Assembly: GCA_963666365.2 (NCBI GenBank)
Contig: CAXXNF010000002.1
Span: 1,888,001 to 1,952,000 of the forward strand
Reading direction: 5' to 3'
Length of the DNA stretch: 64,000 nucleotides
From: Syntrophales bacterium
Lineage (GTDB): Bacteria > Desulfobacterota > Syntrophia > Syntrophales > UBA2210
Numbering within the stretch: the stretch's first letter is position 1; each line of letters opens with the position of its first letter. Of this stretch, positions 1 to 8,879 are shown piece after piece. The notes under the pieces were generated by a model, which did no database searches, was not told the DNA's origin, and saw only the letters and a program-made list of their open reading frames with translations. A program made the translations under genes and the position numbers.

Positions 1-139
1 ACTGCCGTGCAAGCCGCACGGCGGTGCACCCGTCCTCGGCTTCGGCAACCACCTCCATGCCCGGCTCGCTGTCGATCAGCGTGCGTAACCCATCGCGTAC
101 AATTTTGTGGTCATCAGCCAGCAAAATTCTTGTATTCAT
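1..139 (-). CDS. NarL/LuxR-family response regulator, 5' part only (runs off window edge)
   Basis: Not in the ORF track. Manual translation from ATG at 139 gives MNTRILLADDHKIVRDGLRTLIDSEPGMEVVAEAEDGCTAVRLARQ, a close paralog of the regulator at 472-1128. GAGGA RBS upstream. Confidence 0.9.
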   Translation of the reverse strand, partial: MNTRILLADDHKIVRDGLRTLIDSEPGMEVVAEAEDGCTAVRLARQ

Positions 140-195
140 TGTACATCCTCTATTATAGAGCACATTCTTTTATTTCACGCTCCTCACGGGGTAGC

Positions 196-244
196 GGGAT
201 GCCGGAAGGCGTCAAGGAAGGCACAACCCGCCTCCCGGCATCCC
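196..244 (-). other. GC-rich hairpin (16-bp stem) between two response regulator genes
   Basis: GGGATGCCGG(A)AGGCG...CGCCT(C)CCGGCATCCC. The single mismatch becomes a G-U pair on the minus strand. No U-tract follows. Confidence 0.6.
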
Positions 245-471
245 TATCATGACAAGCACAGGCACATTCTGCTTGAGAATATATCACCATCGACCGTGAA
301 TCCGCTTCACTCTAACAGTGCCGCATGATCACGCATTCAAGAGTTTTTACCTGCTCCGATGTTGAGTATAGGGATATCGCAGAGTCTTTGTTTACACCAT
401 CGGGAGTATGCTGGTTTTTATGATTAAAATAACAGGATTTATTTCTAAGGAAACGGATGATATCGCCTGCG

Positions 472-1128
472 TTACGTTTCCAGGGAGGTCAGACCCTCGC
501 GAATGGCATACTTCACCAGCTCCGATATGCTGTGGATGTTCAACTTCTCCATGATGTTCCGACGGTGGGTCTCCACCGTCTTCACGCTTACGTTCAGATG
601 AAAGGCGATCTCCTTCGTCGTCATCCCCTCAGCCAAAACCTGCAGCACTTCACGCTCACGCTGCGTCAAATTAGTAAACACCGACGACTCCGTCCGGGGA
701 CTCTTCCCTATGTAGCGATTCACCACGATGCCCGCAATCTTCGGACTCAGGTACGTCTGATGGGACACCACTGAACGAATCGCACGCACAAGCTCCTCAA
801 AGGCACAGTCCTTCAAAAGATACCCCGAGGCGCCCGCCTCAAGCATCCCCGATACGAACCGACGATCCGAATACATCGACAGTGCAATTACCTTCACCCG
901 AGGATTCTCGTGAATGATTACACGGGTGGCGTCGATCCCGTTCATGTCGGGCATCGCAATGTCCATGATCACGACATCCGGCGAAAGATCCTGCGCCAAA
1001 CGAACCGCACTGCGTCCGTCCTCAGCCTCCGCTACCACCTCCATCCCCGTCTCGCTGTCGATCAGCGTCCGAAGCCCGTCTCTCACTATCTTGTGATCAT
1101 CCGCCAACAGTATCTTTACGTTACTCAT
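472..1128 (-). CDS. NarL/LuxR-family response regulator (copy 1)
   Basis: Receiver motifs LADDH, MDIAMP, YLLKD and LuxR HTH LTQREREVL...TVETHRRNIMEKL. Start set at ATG 1128 (MSNVKILL), overlapping the kinase 3' end. Confidence 0.95.
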   Translation of the reverse strand: MSNVKILLADDHKIVRDGLRTLIDSETGMEVVAEAEDGRSAVRLAQDLSPDVVIMDIAMPDMNGIDATRVIIHENPRVKVIALSMYSDRRFVSGMLEAGASGYLLKDCAFEELVRAIRSVVSHQTYLSPKIAGIVVNRYIGKSPRTESSVFTNLTQREREVLQVLAEGMTTKEIAFHLNVSVKTVETHRRNIMEKLNIHSISELVKYAIREGLTSLET

Positions 1129-1869
1129 CGCCCTTTCCCCTCTTGTCACGACGCCTCGATTCCGGGTGCATCTCCATCCGAACACGCGTACCCTTCCCCG
1201 GCGCCGACGTAATCTTAAATCGCCCGCCCAAATAGTTCAAACGCTCACCGATACTGAACAACCCGAATCCCTGAGTCCAGTCCGTCGGAGATTTGATCTT
1301 CCGCACGTCAAAACCGATCCCGTCATCCTCAACCCCTACTGCAACATTCCTACCATTTTTCTTCACCCAAACCAAGACATGTTTCGCCTTAGCGTGCTTC
1401 GTCACATTCACCAAAAGCTCCTGAACACACCGAAACAGCACAAAGGCTCGGTCCTTGTCCAAACTCTCCTTGCCCGTCCCTCGCTTCTTGAAGGCAATGG
1501 TCAACCCGTATTTCTCCTGGTACTGCTCCGTCAACCACTCCAAGGCCGCCTCCAAACCCAGTATGTACAGCACCGGAGGACTCAAATCGAAGGTCAGCGA
1601 TCGCGTGTCGCGGATCAGCTGGTCCAGCAACTGCACAATCTCTTCCAATGAACCCGAATGAGCCGTCGCCGACGTCTCCTTCTGAAGCGCCTCCACCTTC
1701 ATCTTTGCCACCGCCATCGTCTGACCGATGCGGTCGTGAAGCTCCGTCGCCAACTGCTGACGCTCACGCTCTTCCGTACGCGTCAACTCCGATGATAAAA
1801 ACCGCAGCTTCTCATAGTTCTCCGACAACTTCTGCTCCGCTTCCTTCGCCTCCGTCACATCCTGACCGA
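472..1869. repeat. 1398-bp direct repeat, copy A (matches 35352-36749)
   Basis: No mismatch found by eye, and ORF translations in several frames are identical between copies. Offset is 34880 bp. Confidence 0.92.
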
Positions 1870-3376
1870 CAGTAAGAAGTCCCACCAGGCGGTCATCGCT
1901 GTCACAGAGTGTTTTCGTGTTCCAGGTTACGATTCGTTTTGAACCTTCGCGGGTAATTATGGTATTGACAAATCCCTTCGAAGTAATCCCCCTGAGCGCC
2001 CGCTGAAAGGCATCAATGGTGACGGTCCAGTCTTCCTTAACTATAAATGTTTTGAGCCAGTTCTTACCCTGAATCTCCTCCAGCGGGTAGCCCACCAGTT
2101 CTTCCGTGTAGGGATTGTAGCGAACAATCCGCCCCCGGGTATCCAGGACCAGGACTACTGCCTGGGCCGTCTCGATCAGACTTTCGGCAAAATCGCGCTC
2201 CCTGACCAGGGCCAACTCCGCCTGTCGGCGCTCGGTAATATCTTCATAGACCACCACAACCTTGCGACTTCGAGGACTGACGCCCAGTTTCGATGCCGTC
2301 AGGGCGCAGATGATCTCACGGCCCTCACGATCAATACAACGAATTTCGTCGAAGCGGACCTTGCGTCCCGTATGCTCACCATAGAGATTTTGACCTACTT
2401 TACGATATTCCCTGTCATTCAAGTAGAAAATGCGACTGCTCTTACCGATCAATTCGTCGGGGCTCCAGCCGAAGACCTGATGTACCGCATTATTGGCAAA
2501 GATGATTCGCCTGTTTTCAAGGCCTATTACGGCATGGGGGATCGTTTCAAGAATCGACGACTCAAGGGCTTCAAGTTCTTCCAGCTTCTCCCGCGCCTCG
2601 CGAAGCTCAGTCACGTCCATGACGTTGCCCAGAAGCGCCCGGCGCCCCTTGTAGTGTATGGGTGAAATGACCGCCACAAGACGTCGGACATGACCGTCTT
2701 TTCTAATGATTCGCACTTCATAAGGGGAGGAGGTTTCACCATCTATCATTTTCTGAGAATATTCCATCACCTTCTTGCGATCACGGAGATGTACAATTGT
2801 CTCCGCCTTTTTTCCCAATGCTTCGCTTGTGTCGTACCCCGTATAGGACTCCATCATGGAATTGATAAAACAGAGCTTTCCATCCTGCACAATGAAAACC
2901 CCGGTCTGCATTTTGTCGGTAAGAATACGGTACAGTTCTTCCGCTCTTTTGCGCTCCGTAATATCCCTGAAAGAGGCAATTCGAATCGTCCTTCCCTCAA
3001 AGCTGATGTTTTTCCCCTGCACCTCCATGGGAAACGTAGACCCATCTTTCCTCAGGGCGGTTACCTCATAGGGCTTCTCATAGGCCTCATTCACATACCT
3101 CTTCACTGTTTCCCGATGCTCCGGCGCAATGATACTGAGAAGTTCCGCATCCACAAGCTCCTCGGGATCATATCCTGTTATCACGGCAAGCGCTCTGTTT
3201 GCGTCGAGAAAACGTCCGTCGGCATGGATGCAAATTCCTTCGGAAGTAGAAAAATGAAAATCCTGAAGAGGACTTTCATCCAGCACTGACTCTATATCGC
3301 TCTCACGGAGAGGTTTTTTCTCTTCCAATGATCTAATCTTCGCGTGCAATTCTTTACGGGTAGGCCTTCCAGACAT
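1121..3376 (-). CDS. Soluble multi-PAS sensor histidine kinase, HisKA_3 type (copy 1)
   Basis: Four PAS/PAC repeats ending in D(I/V)TE, H-box ATELHDRIGQ, N-box QELLVNVTKHA, G boxes EDDGIGFD and GFGL. No TM segment seen. ATG 3376 chosen on RBS spacing. Confidence 0.93.
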   Translation of the reverse strand: MSGRPTRKELHAKIRSLEEKKPLRESDIESVLDESPLQDFHFSTSEGICIHADGRFLDANRALAVITGYDPEELVDAELLSIIAPEHRETVKRYVNEAYEKPYEVTALRKDGSTFPMEVQGKNISFEGRTIRIASFRDITERKRAEELYRILTDKMQTGVFIVQDGKLCFINSMMESYTGYDTSEALGKKAETIVHLRDRKKVMEYSQKMIDGETSSPYEVRIIRKDGHVRRLVAVISPIHYKGRRALLGNVMDVTELREAREKLEELEALESSILETIPHAVIGLENRRIIFANNAVHQVFGWSPDELIGKSSRIFYLNDREYRKVGQNLYGEHTGRKVRFDEIRCIDREGREIICALTASKLGVSPRSRKVVVVYEDITERRQAELALVRERDFAESLIETAQAVVLVLDTRGRIVRYNPYTEELVGYPLEEIQGKNWLKTFIVKEDWTVTIDAFQRALRGITSKGFVNTIITREGSKRIVTWNTKTLCDSDDRLVGLLTVGQDVTEAKEAEQKLSENYEKLRFLSSELTRTEERERQQLATELHDRIGQTMAVAKMKVEALQKETSATAHSGSLEEIVQLLDQLIRDTRSLTFDLSPPVLYILGLEAALEWLTEQYQEKYGLTIAFKKRGTGKESLDKDRAFVLFRCVQELLVNVTKHAKAKHVLVWVKKNGRNVAVGVEDDGIGFDVRKIKSPTDWTQGFGLFSIGERLNYLGGRFKITSAPGKGTRVRMEMHPESRRRDKRGKGDE

Positions 3377-3614
3377 TTTCAACTCCTCTACCCCTCATGG
3401 TAAGGGTAATTTATCGGTACTATATACACACATATATGTCGGAACTGCAAGATTTCAGGCCGCCCTGTGGACACACTTTATCATGGAACTTCCCATTCAA
3501 ATCGTATAGAGTGCACTAAGTCCGTTGTTATAATAAAGGAGAAACATAAAATATTATAGTTCAATACTACTCAACTCGCTATGGCACAAGCTGGCGACTT
3601 CCAGAAAATTCACG

Positions 3615-3896
3615 ATGAAACAATCTATTTTACAGTGCCTGAGGAATTTCTTTTCGACGATTGATGCATCCCATCGAGAACGGGCGGCCGCACTTACCGT
3701 CGTCGAAATGGAGGAATTGGAAAACATTTTCGCACTTCTGCTTCTGGGTTCTTTCGTCGGGTTCCCTTCTCCGCCCTCCTTTCTGGCAGTAGAATTGTTG
3801 CCGTTCATGGAGAAAGAATTGACCATACTGACCGAACGAGCAAAAAATTCGGATGATATGCTCGCCACACTGTGTGGAACCTTGGGCATCGATTAA
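3615..3896 (+). CDS. Small hydrophobic protein of the type found with CstA/ArsA-family ATPases
   Basis: 93 aa with ELENIFALLLLGSFVGFPSPP...ELLPFM. Its stop directly abuts the next ATG (TAAATG). Confidence 0.75.
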   Translation: MKQSILQCLRNFFSTIDASHRERAAALTVVEMEELENIFALLLLGSFVGFPSPPSFLAVELLPFMEKELTILTERAKNSDDMLATLCGTLGID

Positions 3897-4817
3897 ATGA
3901 AGATTATTTTTTTCACCGGAAAAGGGGGCGTGGGAAAGTCGTCGCTGTCGGCAGCGGCGGCATGGCAATTGTCACAGACGCATCGAGTCCTGATAGTGTC
4001 GCTTGATCCCGCCCATAATCTCGGTGACATTTTCGGGGTACCCCTTCAGACTGCAACAGTCAGGTTCACCAACAGGCTTTTTCTCAAGGAAATAGATCTG
4101 AAGGGGCTTGCAAAGGAGTACCTTCAAAGAGAAATATCCGTTTTTTCCAATAGCTATGCCTATCTGAAGGCCCTCAACCTGGACACCTGTTTTTCGGTGC
4201 TCCAGTATTCCCCGGGAATAGAGGAATACGCCCTGCTCACGGGCATCGAAGCGACATTGCACAAAAAAGACTTTGATTATGTGATTTTCGATACTCCTCC
4301 CACGGGGCTTACTCTGAGGTTTCTTGCGCTGCCTTCAATTACCATTACCTGGCTAGAAAGGCTCATCGCGCTCAGAAGGAAAATTCTTGATAAGCGTTAC
4401 ACGATTCACCGAATCAGGGGCGCCGGCGGTGCGGGCGAAACCACACTCGCCTATAACGAGTTGAAGGACGATGTCCTTAGCAGGTTGCAATCTCTTGATC
4501 ACAATTACAGGCAGTTGAATGCAATACTTCAGGGAAGCGAATGCTCGATCGTGCTTGTTTTCAACCCCGACACCCTCTCACTGAAGGAATCGGAACGGCT
4601 GATTCAGGGGATTGAAGACCTGGGGCTCCCTTTGCGCCGGTTGATTCACAACAAGGTGCAGGACGATATGATCGACGTGATCGCTCGCATCGAGAAATCA
4701 ATTCTCTTAAAAGCAGGGCAGGTTCCTGTGACACGGATCGGGTTTATACGATCATTTCTTGACGACGAAAATCGAAAACTGTACGATGTTAATGTTGATT
4801 TAACTTCACTGTTTTGA
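3897..4817 (+). CDS. ArsA/Get3-family ATPase, single domain
   Basis: Deviant P-loop GKGGVGKS, switch I SLDPAHNL, SPGIEE, switch II FDTPPTG, HNK. Confidence 0.92.
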   Translation: MKIIFFTGKGGVGKSSLSAAAAWQLSQTHRVLIVSLDPAHNLGDIFGVPLQTATVRFTNRLFLKEIDLKGLAKEYLQREISVFSNSYAYLKALNLDTCFSVLQYSPGIEEYALLTGIEATLHKKDFDYVIFDTPPTGLTLRFLALPSITITWLERLIALRRKILDKRYTIHRIRGAGGAGETTLAYNELKDDVLSRLQSLDHNYRQLNAILQGSECSIVLVFNPDTLSLKESERLIQGIEDLGLPLRRLIHNKVQDDMIDVIARIEKSILLKAGQVPVTRIGFIRSFLDDENRKLYDVNVDLTSLF

Positions 4818-4836
4818 AAACCGGTGTGATAGAAGG

Positions 4837-5502
4837 ATGTTTCAGCACGATTATATTGCCCAGCAGCCAGTGTTTCTTCTGTTTATTGCCTTTTCGTTTA
4901 CCCTGACGTTTGGTTATTTTTGGGGAAGGAGGCAGAACAGGACTATTTTTCTTTCCGCGTTCAACGATCTTGTGAGTGTACTGCACCCGGACGATCAGAC
5001 CTTTACCAACATTGGAGGTGTCATAGGGTATCACGCCAATTTCTTTATCACCAAAAGGGAAGCGCTCATATCGCAGGTTGACGCGACCATCACGCTTCTT
5101 CCGCGACAGTCCTGGCTCTACTTTCCCATTTCCAGACTGTTCAGGCGTTATGACAGGCTCTTCATCACCTTCTACTTCAAAAAAAGACCGCCCGAAGAAG
5201 GGCATCTTATCGAAACCCGTTTCAATGGTTTCAGGAGTTCACACATCACCAGCACCGACCATCTTAATAAGGAACGGATTCAATGGGGGTCGCATGAATT
5301 TTTACTGTATTACCAGGGAAAAGCGGTACGGTCACAACTCCTTCGATTTATTGATAAAAATCCGGACCCCGGCGTCGTGCGGCACATGGCGATTGTTCCT
5401 GAGCAAAAAAAGGGATATTTGTTCATGATTCCAGGTAAGACAGGGATCGCCGCCTGCCTTGCGCCTGTATACCGGTGGTTTCTTTCCCAGGTGAAAGAAT
5501 AA
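4837..5502 (+). CDS. Single-pass membrane protein of unknown function (possible CCDC47/DUF1682-like)
   Basis: 221 aa, N-terminal hydrophobic helix (about aa 11-29) followed by GRRQN. Starts 19 bp after the ATPase. The family call is tentative. Confidence 0.75.
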   Translation: MFQHDYIAQQPVFLLFIAFSFTLTFGYFWGRRQNRTIFLSAFNDLVSVLHPDDQTFTNIGGVIGYHANFFITKREALISQVDATITLLPRQSWLYFPISRLFRRYDRLFITFYFKKRPPEEGHLIETRFNGFRSSHITSTDHLNKERIQWGSHEFLLYYQGKAVRSQLLRFIDKNPDPGVVRHMAIVPEQKKGYLFMIPGKTGIAACLAPVYRWFLSQVKE

Positions 5503-5688
5503 CTGATTTCCCGAAGCGAACCCCCCGAAGAGGATATAAATTTTTTATCTGTATTATGCGATAATAAAGATGTACAATAACAGCATGACATTCAAAAGAA
5601 ATCATCGTTCTCTTACCTTTCGTTACCCACAACCTTTGTAGTACGTGAGTACATCCATCGATGTGTCGGAAAGGAGGTTTTATATCGC

Positions 5689-6789
5689 ATGGCTACACTA
5701 CAGTCGCTAGACGAACTCATGCCCTTAATGCACAGGCATGTAGGAATCTGCGTATCCATCTATATGCCCACGGCGAGAAAAGGAATGGAAACGCAGCAGA
5801 ATCAGATCCGGTATAAAAACATGCTTCGCCAGGCGGAAGAGCGACTTGCGGGAAGCGACCTGAGGCCGTCGGAAGTAAAAGAGTTCCTGGCTCCCGCTCA
5901 GGAATTTATCAGCGACGAGCTCTTCTGGCGAAATCAAAAGGATGGACTGGCTCTTTTTCTATCACAGGATTCATTCAACTACTTCAAGATTCCTCAAAGT
6001 TTCGAAGAGCTGGTAGTCGTATCGGAGCGCTTTCACTTCAAACCCCTCATTGGATTTCTCAGCAATGATGTCGATTTTTATATCCTTGCCGTCAGTCAGA
6101 ATAACATCAGACTGTTCGAATGCTCCCGTTATCAGAAAAAAGAGGTTAAGCTCGCAGGGATTCCTTTAAGCCTCCAGGAAGCGCTCAACCTTGATGACTT
6201 TGAAAAACGTCTTCAGCTGCACACGGGGAGCGAGGACACAAAAGCCCTGGTGCTGAAGTTTTTTCAGCAGATCGAACGGGGGCTTCGCGAACATTTTCGT
6301 AAAAAGGGCGCCCTGCTGGTATTTGCCGGGGTGGAGTATCTCTTCCCAATATACCGGGAGGCAACTACCTATCCTCACCTGCTGGATAACGGCATCTTCG
6401 GAAATCCGGAAACGCTGACCGCGGAAGAATTACACGAGCAGGCGTGGTCCTTCATCGAACCCATTGCAGAAGAAAAAAAGGAAGGCGCTATTGCGCGGTA
6501 TCATCAGAATGCAGGCACCGGTCTTACCTCCGGAGAATTGAAGGAAATCGTTCGATCTTCCTATCACGGCAGGGTGGCTGTGCTCTTTGTTCCCGTGGGC
6601 GTACAGCAATGGGGCAATTTTAACCGGAGTTCAAATGAGGTCACCCTTACCGGAACCACTGATGCGTCCGATGAAGATCTCTTCGATTTTGCCGCAATCC
6701 AGACACTGCTGAATGGAGGAATCGTCTACACCCTTGCACCTGAACAGATTCCCGGAGGAGAGCCGATCGCCGCCGTCTTCAGATACTGA
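5689..6789 (+). CDS. Bacterial aeRF1-like (baeRF3/baeRF7-type) protein
   Basis: CVSIYMPT, IRYKN, GLALF, FHFKPL, LVFAGVEYLFP, GNPE, GRV..LF and C-terminal AAVFRY. Strong AGGAGG RBS. Confidence 0.8.
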   Translation: MATLQSLDELMPLMHRHVGICVSIYMPTARKGMETQQNQIRYKNMLRQAEERLAGSDLRPSEVKEFLAPAQEFISDELFWRNQKDGLALFLSQDSFNYFKIPQSFEELVVVSERFHFKPLIGFLSNDVDFYILAVSQNNIRLFECSRYQKKEVKLAGIPLSLQEALNLDDFEKRLQLHTGSEDTKALVLKFFQQIERGLREHFRKKGALLVFAGVEYLFPIYREATTYPHLLDNGIFGNPETLTAEELHEQAWSFIEPIAEEKKEGAIARYHQNAGTGLTSGELKEIVRSSYHGRVAVLFVPVGVQQWGNFNRSSNEVTLTGTTDASDEDLFDFAAIQTLLNGGIVYTLAPEQIPGGEPIAAVFRY

Positions 6790-6847
6790 AAAAAATACGC
6801 AGCGATGAAAGGGATCGAAGACATCACGTATTCGATCCCTTTTTAAC

Positions 6848-6909
6848 TTGACAATTGACCGCATAGTTCTTATTGTGACCATCTGGTTCAAATACTGACT
6901 GGTCGGTCA
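6848..6909 (+). promoter_or_regulatory. Sigma70 promoter overlapped by three putative TetR operators
   Basis: TTGACA (6848-6853), 17-bp spacer, TATTGT (6871-6876). Imperfect 14-bp palindromes start at 6856, 6876 and 6896. Confidence 0.75.
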
Positions 6910-6921
6910 AATGCTGATACT

Positions 6922-7557
6922 ATGGCTGTTGACAAGCGAAAAGAGCGGAAAAAAATTCTTGATGCCGTTACACGGCAGGACATTATCGATGCCGTCGCCG
7001 CAACCCTGATCAGTGAGGGGATGCAGGGATTTACCATGGATAAGGTAGCGGCAAAGGCCGGCGTCGCCAAAGGAACTCTCTATACTCATTTCAAAAGCAA
7101 GGAAGAGGCCATTGAGGTCACTATGGACTCCATCATAGAACCGCTTTCCGTCACACTGGACACTATTGCCCATTCCGATATGACACCGACTGAAAAGCTC
7201 ACAAAGTACACCTCGCTTCACTTCGCCTTTTTTGACGATCATCAGGACCTCTTTCGCGTCATTCTTTATGATCGCGAACAGGCCCATGCTCCCAAAGAGC
7301 GATTTCAGAACAGTCGATACTGGCAATTCGTACAGAAGCTCGCCGGCATATTCGAAGACGGCATGCACAGAGGGGAGTTCGCCCCCCTCCCCCCGCTTAA
7401 GATCTCGTCGATGTTCATCGAAGCCAACATATCGCTGGTGATGCAGCGTCTTGCGAATAAGGTAACCGGCAATATCGGAGAGGATGTGGCACTGGTAATG
7501 GGGTTGTTCTTGAGAGGAATTCTTTTGAACCCCGACACGCAACGAAAAAGAGGATAG
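6922..7557 (+). CDS. TetR/AcrR-family regulator
   Basis: HTH FTMDKVAAKAGVAKGTLYTHFKSKEE, directly upstream of an RND operon. Confidence 0.93.
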   Translation: MAVDKRKERKKILDAVTRQDIIDAVAATLISEGMQGFTMDKVAAKAGVAKGTLYTHFKSKEEAIEVTMDSIIEPLSVTLDTIAHSDMTPTEKLTKYTSLHFAFFDDHQDLFRVILYDREQAHAPKERFQNSRYWQFVQKLAGIFEDGMHRGEFAPLPPLKISSMFIEANISLVMQRLANKVTGNIGEDVALVMGLFLRGILLNPDTQRKRG

Positions 7558-7652
7558 GGCCGTCACAGTCATTGATCTACGGTCGTGCTCCAGGGTATTT
7601 TTTTATTCATCCCTATAGGTACAGCGAATCATAGAATAAGTGGAGACAGCGA

Positions 7653-8864
7653 ATGAAAATGAATCACAGAGGCATACTTGTCATAATTATGGTGATACTT
7701 ACCGGGCTTCTTCTACCGGCAGGATGCAACCGCGAAAATGCCCCGCAGGGACATCAGCAACAACGGGGCATACCCGAAGTTGCCGTCGTCGCGATACAGT
7801 CGAAACCTCTGGTTGTCACCAATGAATTGCCGGGGCGTACCTCGGCCAGCCTGGTCGCCGAAGTGCGTCCCCAGGTAAGCGGCATTATCAAGGAACGCCT
7901 TTTTAGAGAAGGTTCGGACGTCAAGGCCGGCCAGGTGCTTTTTCAAATCGATCCGGCACTCTTTCAGGCAGCGCTGGACAACGCCGAGGCCGGACTTTCC
8001 AGGGCCAAGGCCAATCTGTCGGCAATCCGGCTGAAGGTGAATCGTCTGCGAGAGTTGCTGGCCGACAAAGCGGTGAGCCGACAGGATTACGATGATGCCT
8101 CTGCGGCACTCAATCAGACCGAAGCGGATATCCGCTACTGGGAGGCCACGGTCAAAACGGCCCGCATAAATTTAAAGTATACCTCTGTCACTGCCCCTAT
8201 CTCAGGCCGCATCGGCAGATCTAACATTACAAAGGGCGCCCTGGTAACGGCGCAGCAACCCACCCCGCTGGCAACCATCCAGCAACTGGATCCGATGTTC
8301 GTGGATGTGCCCCAATCAACGGCCCAATTGATGCGTCTGCGCCGGCGGATGGAGCAGGGTCAACTCGACACAAAGGAACAGACCAGGAACACCGTCAATC
8401 TCATTCTGGAAGACGGCGCCGTATATCACTTAAGGGGCGAACTCAAGTTTCGTGATGTCACTGTCGATCCCACTACAGGAACCGTCATCGTACGCGCGGT
8501 ATTTCCAAACCCGGATACCATTCTTCTCCCGGGTATGTTTGTGCGGGCGTGGGTGGAAGAAGGGGTTGACAAAAACGCGATACTGGCGCCTCAGCAGGGG
8601 GTGTCCCGAGACCTCCGGGGAAATCCCTATGCGTTGATTGTAGATGCCGAGGATACCGTTCAGCAGCGGATGCTAACGGTCAGCAGGACCGTCGGCGATC
8701 AATGGCTGGTTTCATCGGGCCTTGAGGCAGGAGATCGAGTGATAGTCGAGGGGATACAAAAGGTACGACCGGGCGATAAAGTAAAAATCGTCCTTTACGA
8801 CCCGAAGGGAGGGAAAAAGAATACACTTGCGAACACTGCCTCTCCCACTGCACGATCAAATTAA
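7653..8864 (+). CDS. RND efflux periplasmic adaptor (AcrA/MexA-like lipoprotein)
   Basis: Lipobox PAGC, EVRPQVSGII, APISGRIG, LLPGMFVRA. Confidence 0.95.
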   Translation: MKMNHRGILVIIMVILTGLLLPAGCNRENAPQGHQQQRGIPEVAVVAIQSKPLVVTNELPGRTSASLVAEVRPQVSGIIKERLFREGSDVKAGQVLFQIDPALFQAALDNAEAGLSRAKANLSAIRLKVNRLRELLADKAVSRQDYDDASAALNQTEADIRYWEATVKTARINLKYTSVTAPISGRIGRSNITKGALVTAQQPTPLATIQQLDPMFVDVPQSTAQLMRLRRRMEQGQLDTKEQTRNTVNLILEDGAVYHLRGELKFRDVTVDPTTGTVIVRAVFPNPDTILLPGMFVRAWVEEGVDKNAILAPQQGVSRDLRGNPYALIVDAEDTVQQRMLTVSRTVGDQWLVSSGLEAGDRVIVEGIQKVRPGDKVKIVLYDPKGGKKNTLANTASPTARSN

Positions 8865-8879
8865 CGGAGGCTCCCGCTG

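Noticed and set aside
472..1869. IS element or composite transposon ends
   Set aside because: The repeat encodes only the regulator and kinase core. No transposase, terminal inverted repeats or target duplication seen.
3582..3596. Sigma54 promoter TGGCAC upstream of the ArsA operon
   Set aside because: GG-to-GC spacing is 9 nt rather than the required 10.
3897..4817. Arsenic resistance ATPase ArsA
   Set aside because: Single domain, no evident metalloid-binding Cys cluster and no ars genes in the window.
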